Virus record (IMG/VR): IMGVR_UViG_3300045988_125866
From: a virus
DNA: 64,000 nt
Reading direction: 5' to 3' (one strand)
Shown: positions 62,807 to 64,000 of the stretch, one piece after another
How positions within the stretch are numbered: the stretch's first letter is position 1
Layout: each line of letters starts with the position of its first letter
Program-made: the position numbers and the translations under genes
Notes under the pieces: model-generated
What the model saw: only the letters and a program-made list of their open reading frames with translations
Database searches by the model: none
Told to the model about the DNA's origin: nothing

Positions 62807-64000
62807 TTATCTTACCTTGATAGACTTAACTCCGTTGATAACCATGTTGAAATTACTGCTATACTCCTCGAATACGCGCTCTATTCGCTCTGCTGCTTCA
62901 GCGTTTCTTAGGGTGTTGGCAGATATGAAGTTCAACTGTGTTAGTTGCGACTTGGCTATCTCGTTCGATTCCGACATACATTTCACTTGCTCCTCTCTTA
63001 TTACTGACACATCAAGACGTATGCTATTGAGGTAACTGGCAATCAGGTCTCCTGTCTCTTCCGTTATCCCTTTTACAGAATTTGTAAGAGAAGAACTGCT
63101 GTTGTCGCTCCATCCGTAGTACCGCTTGATATAATCTCTTGATGCCTCTATCCGCTTTGTCACGTCAGCAAGGTCTTTGCCTATCTCATCCATCTCTGTG
63201 TCGGTGTACTCGGACATTACTTTTCCCGTTGCTGTGTCAAGCTTCTTTTCCGTACCGCCATTAGGGTCGCCATACTTCTTGGTCTTCTCTATCAGAGCTT
63301 TTATCTTCTCTCCATAAAGGTTCTCTATCATGGATTTCAAGATAACATTCCTTAGATTTTCCTCGAAATGGTCCACAAGGTTGTCAGATGTGTTCGACAT
63401 CGTGGCCATTGCGTCACCCCAGGCGGAAACGAGGTCGGAATACTTGTTGCCGGTAAGCTTCTCAGTCAGAGACTCTATCATATCCTCCGACTTCTCGCCG
63501 TACTCTATCAGTTTGTCAAGATAGGTCCTTGAGTCCTCATCAAGGTTGGCCCAAAGCTCCGCGTAGTCCTTCTTTATCTGCTGAAGCACCTTGTAGTCTA
63601 TATCCAAGATATCAGTCATGCTGTCAAACTTCACGCCGTATCTCTTGGATATTTCGGGGGCAGCTTCTTTCCACCCGCGCTTCTCCCAGTCTCTCACCTT
63701 GATAGAGTGACTTCCTGCCGAAGCACCTGAGTTGAAGTTCTTCATGGCGATCACCTTCGTCTGCTTTATCTCAGCTTCCAGCATCTCCTGGGCTTCCTTT
63801 GAGGCGTTTGCAGCCTCAGTACCCCAGTGAATGTTCATGTACTCCGACTTCTTGGAGATGAGAGAATCCCAGATCGAAGAAAGCGTTTCGTACTTCTGCT
63901 TCGCTTTGTTGTACTCTGAATAATCTGCTCCAAAAGCCCCTATCAGAGAACTTGCAACGCTTAACCCCGCACCAACAGCAGCTCCATAAGGAGCAAGGTT
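62807..64000 (-). CDS. tail tape-measure protein, C-terminal part; ORF continues beyond the right edge
   Basis: Track ORF 62807-63838 starts at an internal Met. The same frame stays open to base 64000 (...NLAPYGAAVGAGLSVASSLIGAFGADYSEYNKAKQKYETLSSIWDSLISKKSEY-MNIHWG...). Gly/Ala-rich and helical, positioned upstream of Dit and Tal. Confidence 0.7.
   Translation of the reverse strand, partial: NLAPYGAAVGAGLSVASSLIGAFGADYSEYNKAKQKYETLSSIWDSLISKKSEYMNIHWGTEAANASKEAQEMLEAEIKQTKVIAMKNFNSGASAGSHSIKVRDWEKRGWKEAAPEISKRYGVKFDSMTDILDIDYKVLQQIKKDYAELWANLDEDSRTYLDKLIEYGEKSEDMIESLTEKLTGNKYSDLVSAWGDAMATMSNTSDNLVDHFEENLRNVILKSMIENLYGEKIKALIEKTKKYGDPNGGTEKKLDTATGKVMSEYTDTEMDEIGKDLADVTKRIEASRDYIKRYYGWSDNSSSSLTNSVKGITEETGDLIASYLNSIRLDVSVIREEQVKCMSESNEIAKSQLTQLNFISANTLRNAEAAERIERVFEEYSSNFNMVINGVKSIKVR

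Overview
The 64-kb window reads as one contiguous piece of a temperate, siphovirus-like phage or prophage of a Bacteroidota host. Support for the host call: no Shine-Dalgarno sites, several perfect TTTG-N19-21-TAnnTTTG promoters, and a Bacteroides-type tyrosine integrase. No host flank is visible. Layout follows. (i) 1-1017(-): a partial D5/P4-type primase-helicase that is missing from the ORF track because it runs off the window, followed by a 1.1-kb AT-rich control or ori-like region. (ii) 2.2-20.2 kb (+): an array of about 40 small early genes. Most are separated by one stereotyped junction (stop inside TAGCCAAA, short variable hairpin, TATTAACCAAA, TTAGAATT-ATG). The array is interrupted by ORF-free hairpin-rich regions, by a non-DGR reverse transcriptase (10078-11343) followed by 1.35 kb of ORF-free structured sequence, and by a tyrosine recombinase with its own promoter. 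(iii) 20.2-28.5 kb: a lysogeny/moron island. It holds two KilAC-type antirepressors, an RNase HI with a promoter-driven 0.45-kb structured leader, an SPFH lipoprotein, an integrase, a cI-like repressor with operators, an excisionase-like HTH, a tRNA-Arg(CCT) and an atypical tRNA-Met(CAT). (iv) 28.6-44.8 kb (+): recombination, replication and DNA-metabolism genes. These include a DUF1064-like nuclease, an SSAP + YqaJ exonuclease + SSB-like trio, a small DNA methyltransferase, a PAPS-reductase-like PP-loop protein, ASCH, MazG, and a protein built from 27-bp tandem repeats. (v) 45-64 kb (-): a lysis cassette, membrane-protein morons, and a complete diversity-generating retroelement (RT 52004-53212, TR 53244-53334, Avd 53425-53805, VR 53907-53997 at the 3' end of a 643-aa fibre-like target). 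These are followed by a 2109-aa collagen-repeat tail protein, a Dit-like protein and a tape-measure gene that runs off the right edge. The best candidate for something undescribed is the second, orphan RT plus its large downstream structured region, together with the other ORF-free structured blocks and the RNase HI. The stereotyped gene-junction grammar of the early array is the next most interesting signal. All family names come from motif recognition by eye and from memory. No database search was run.
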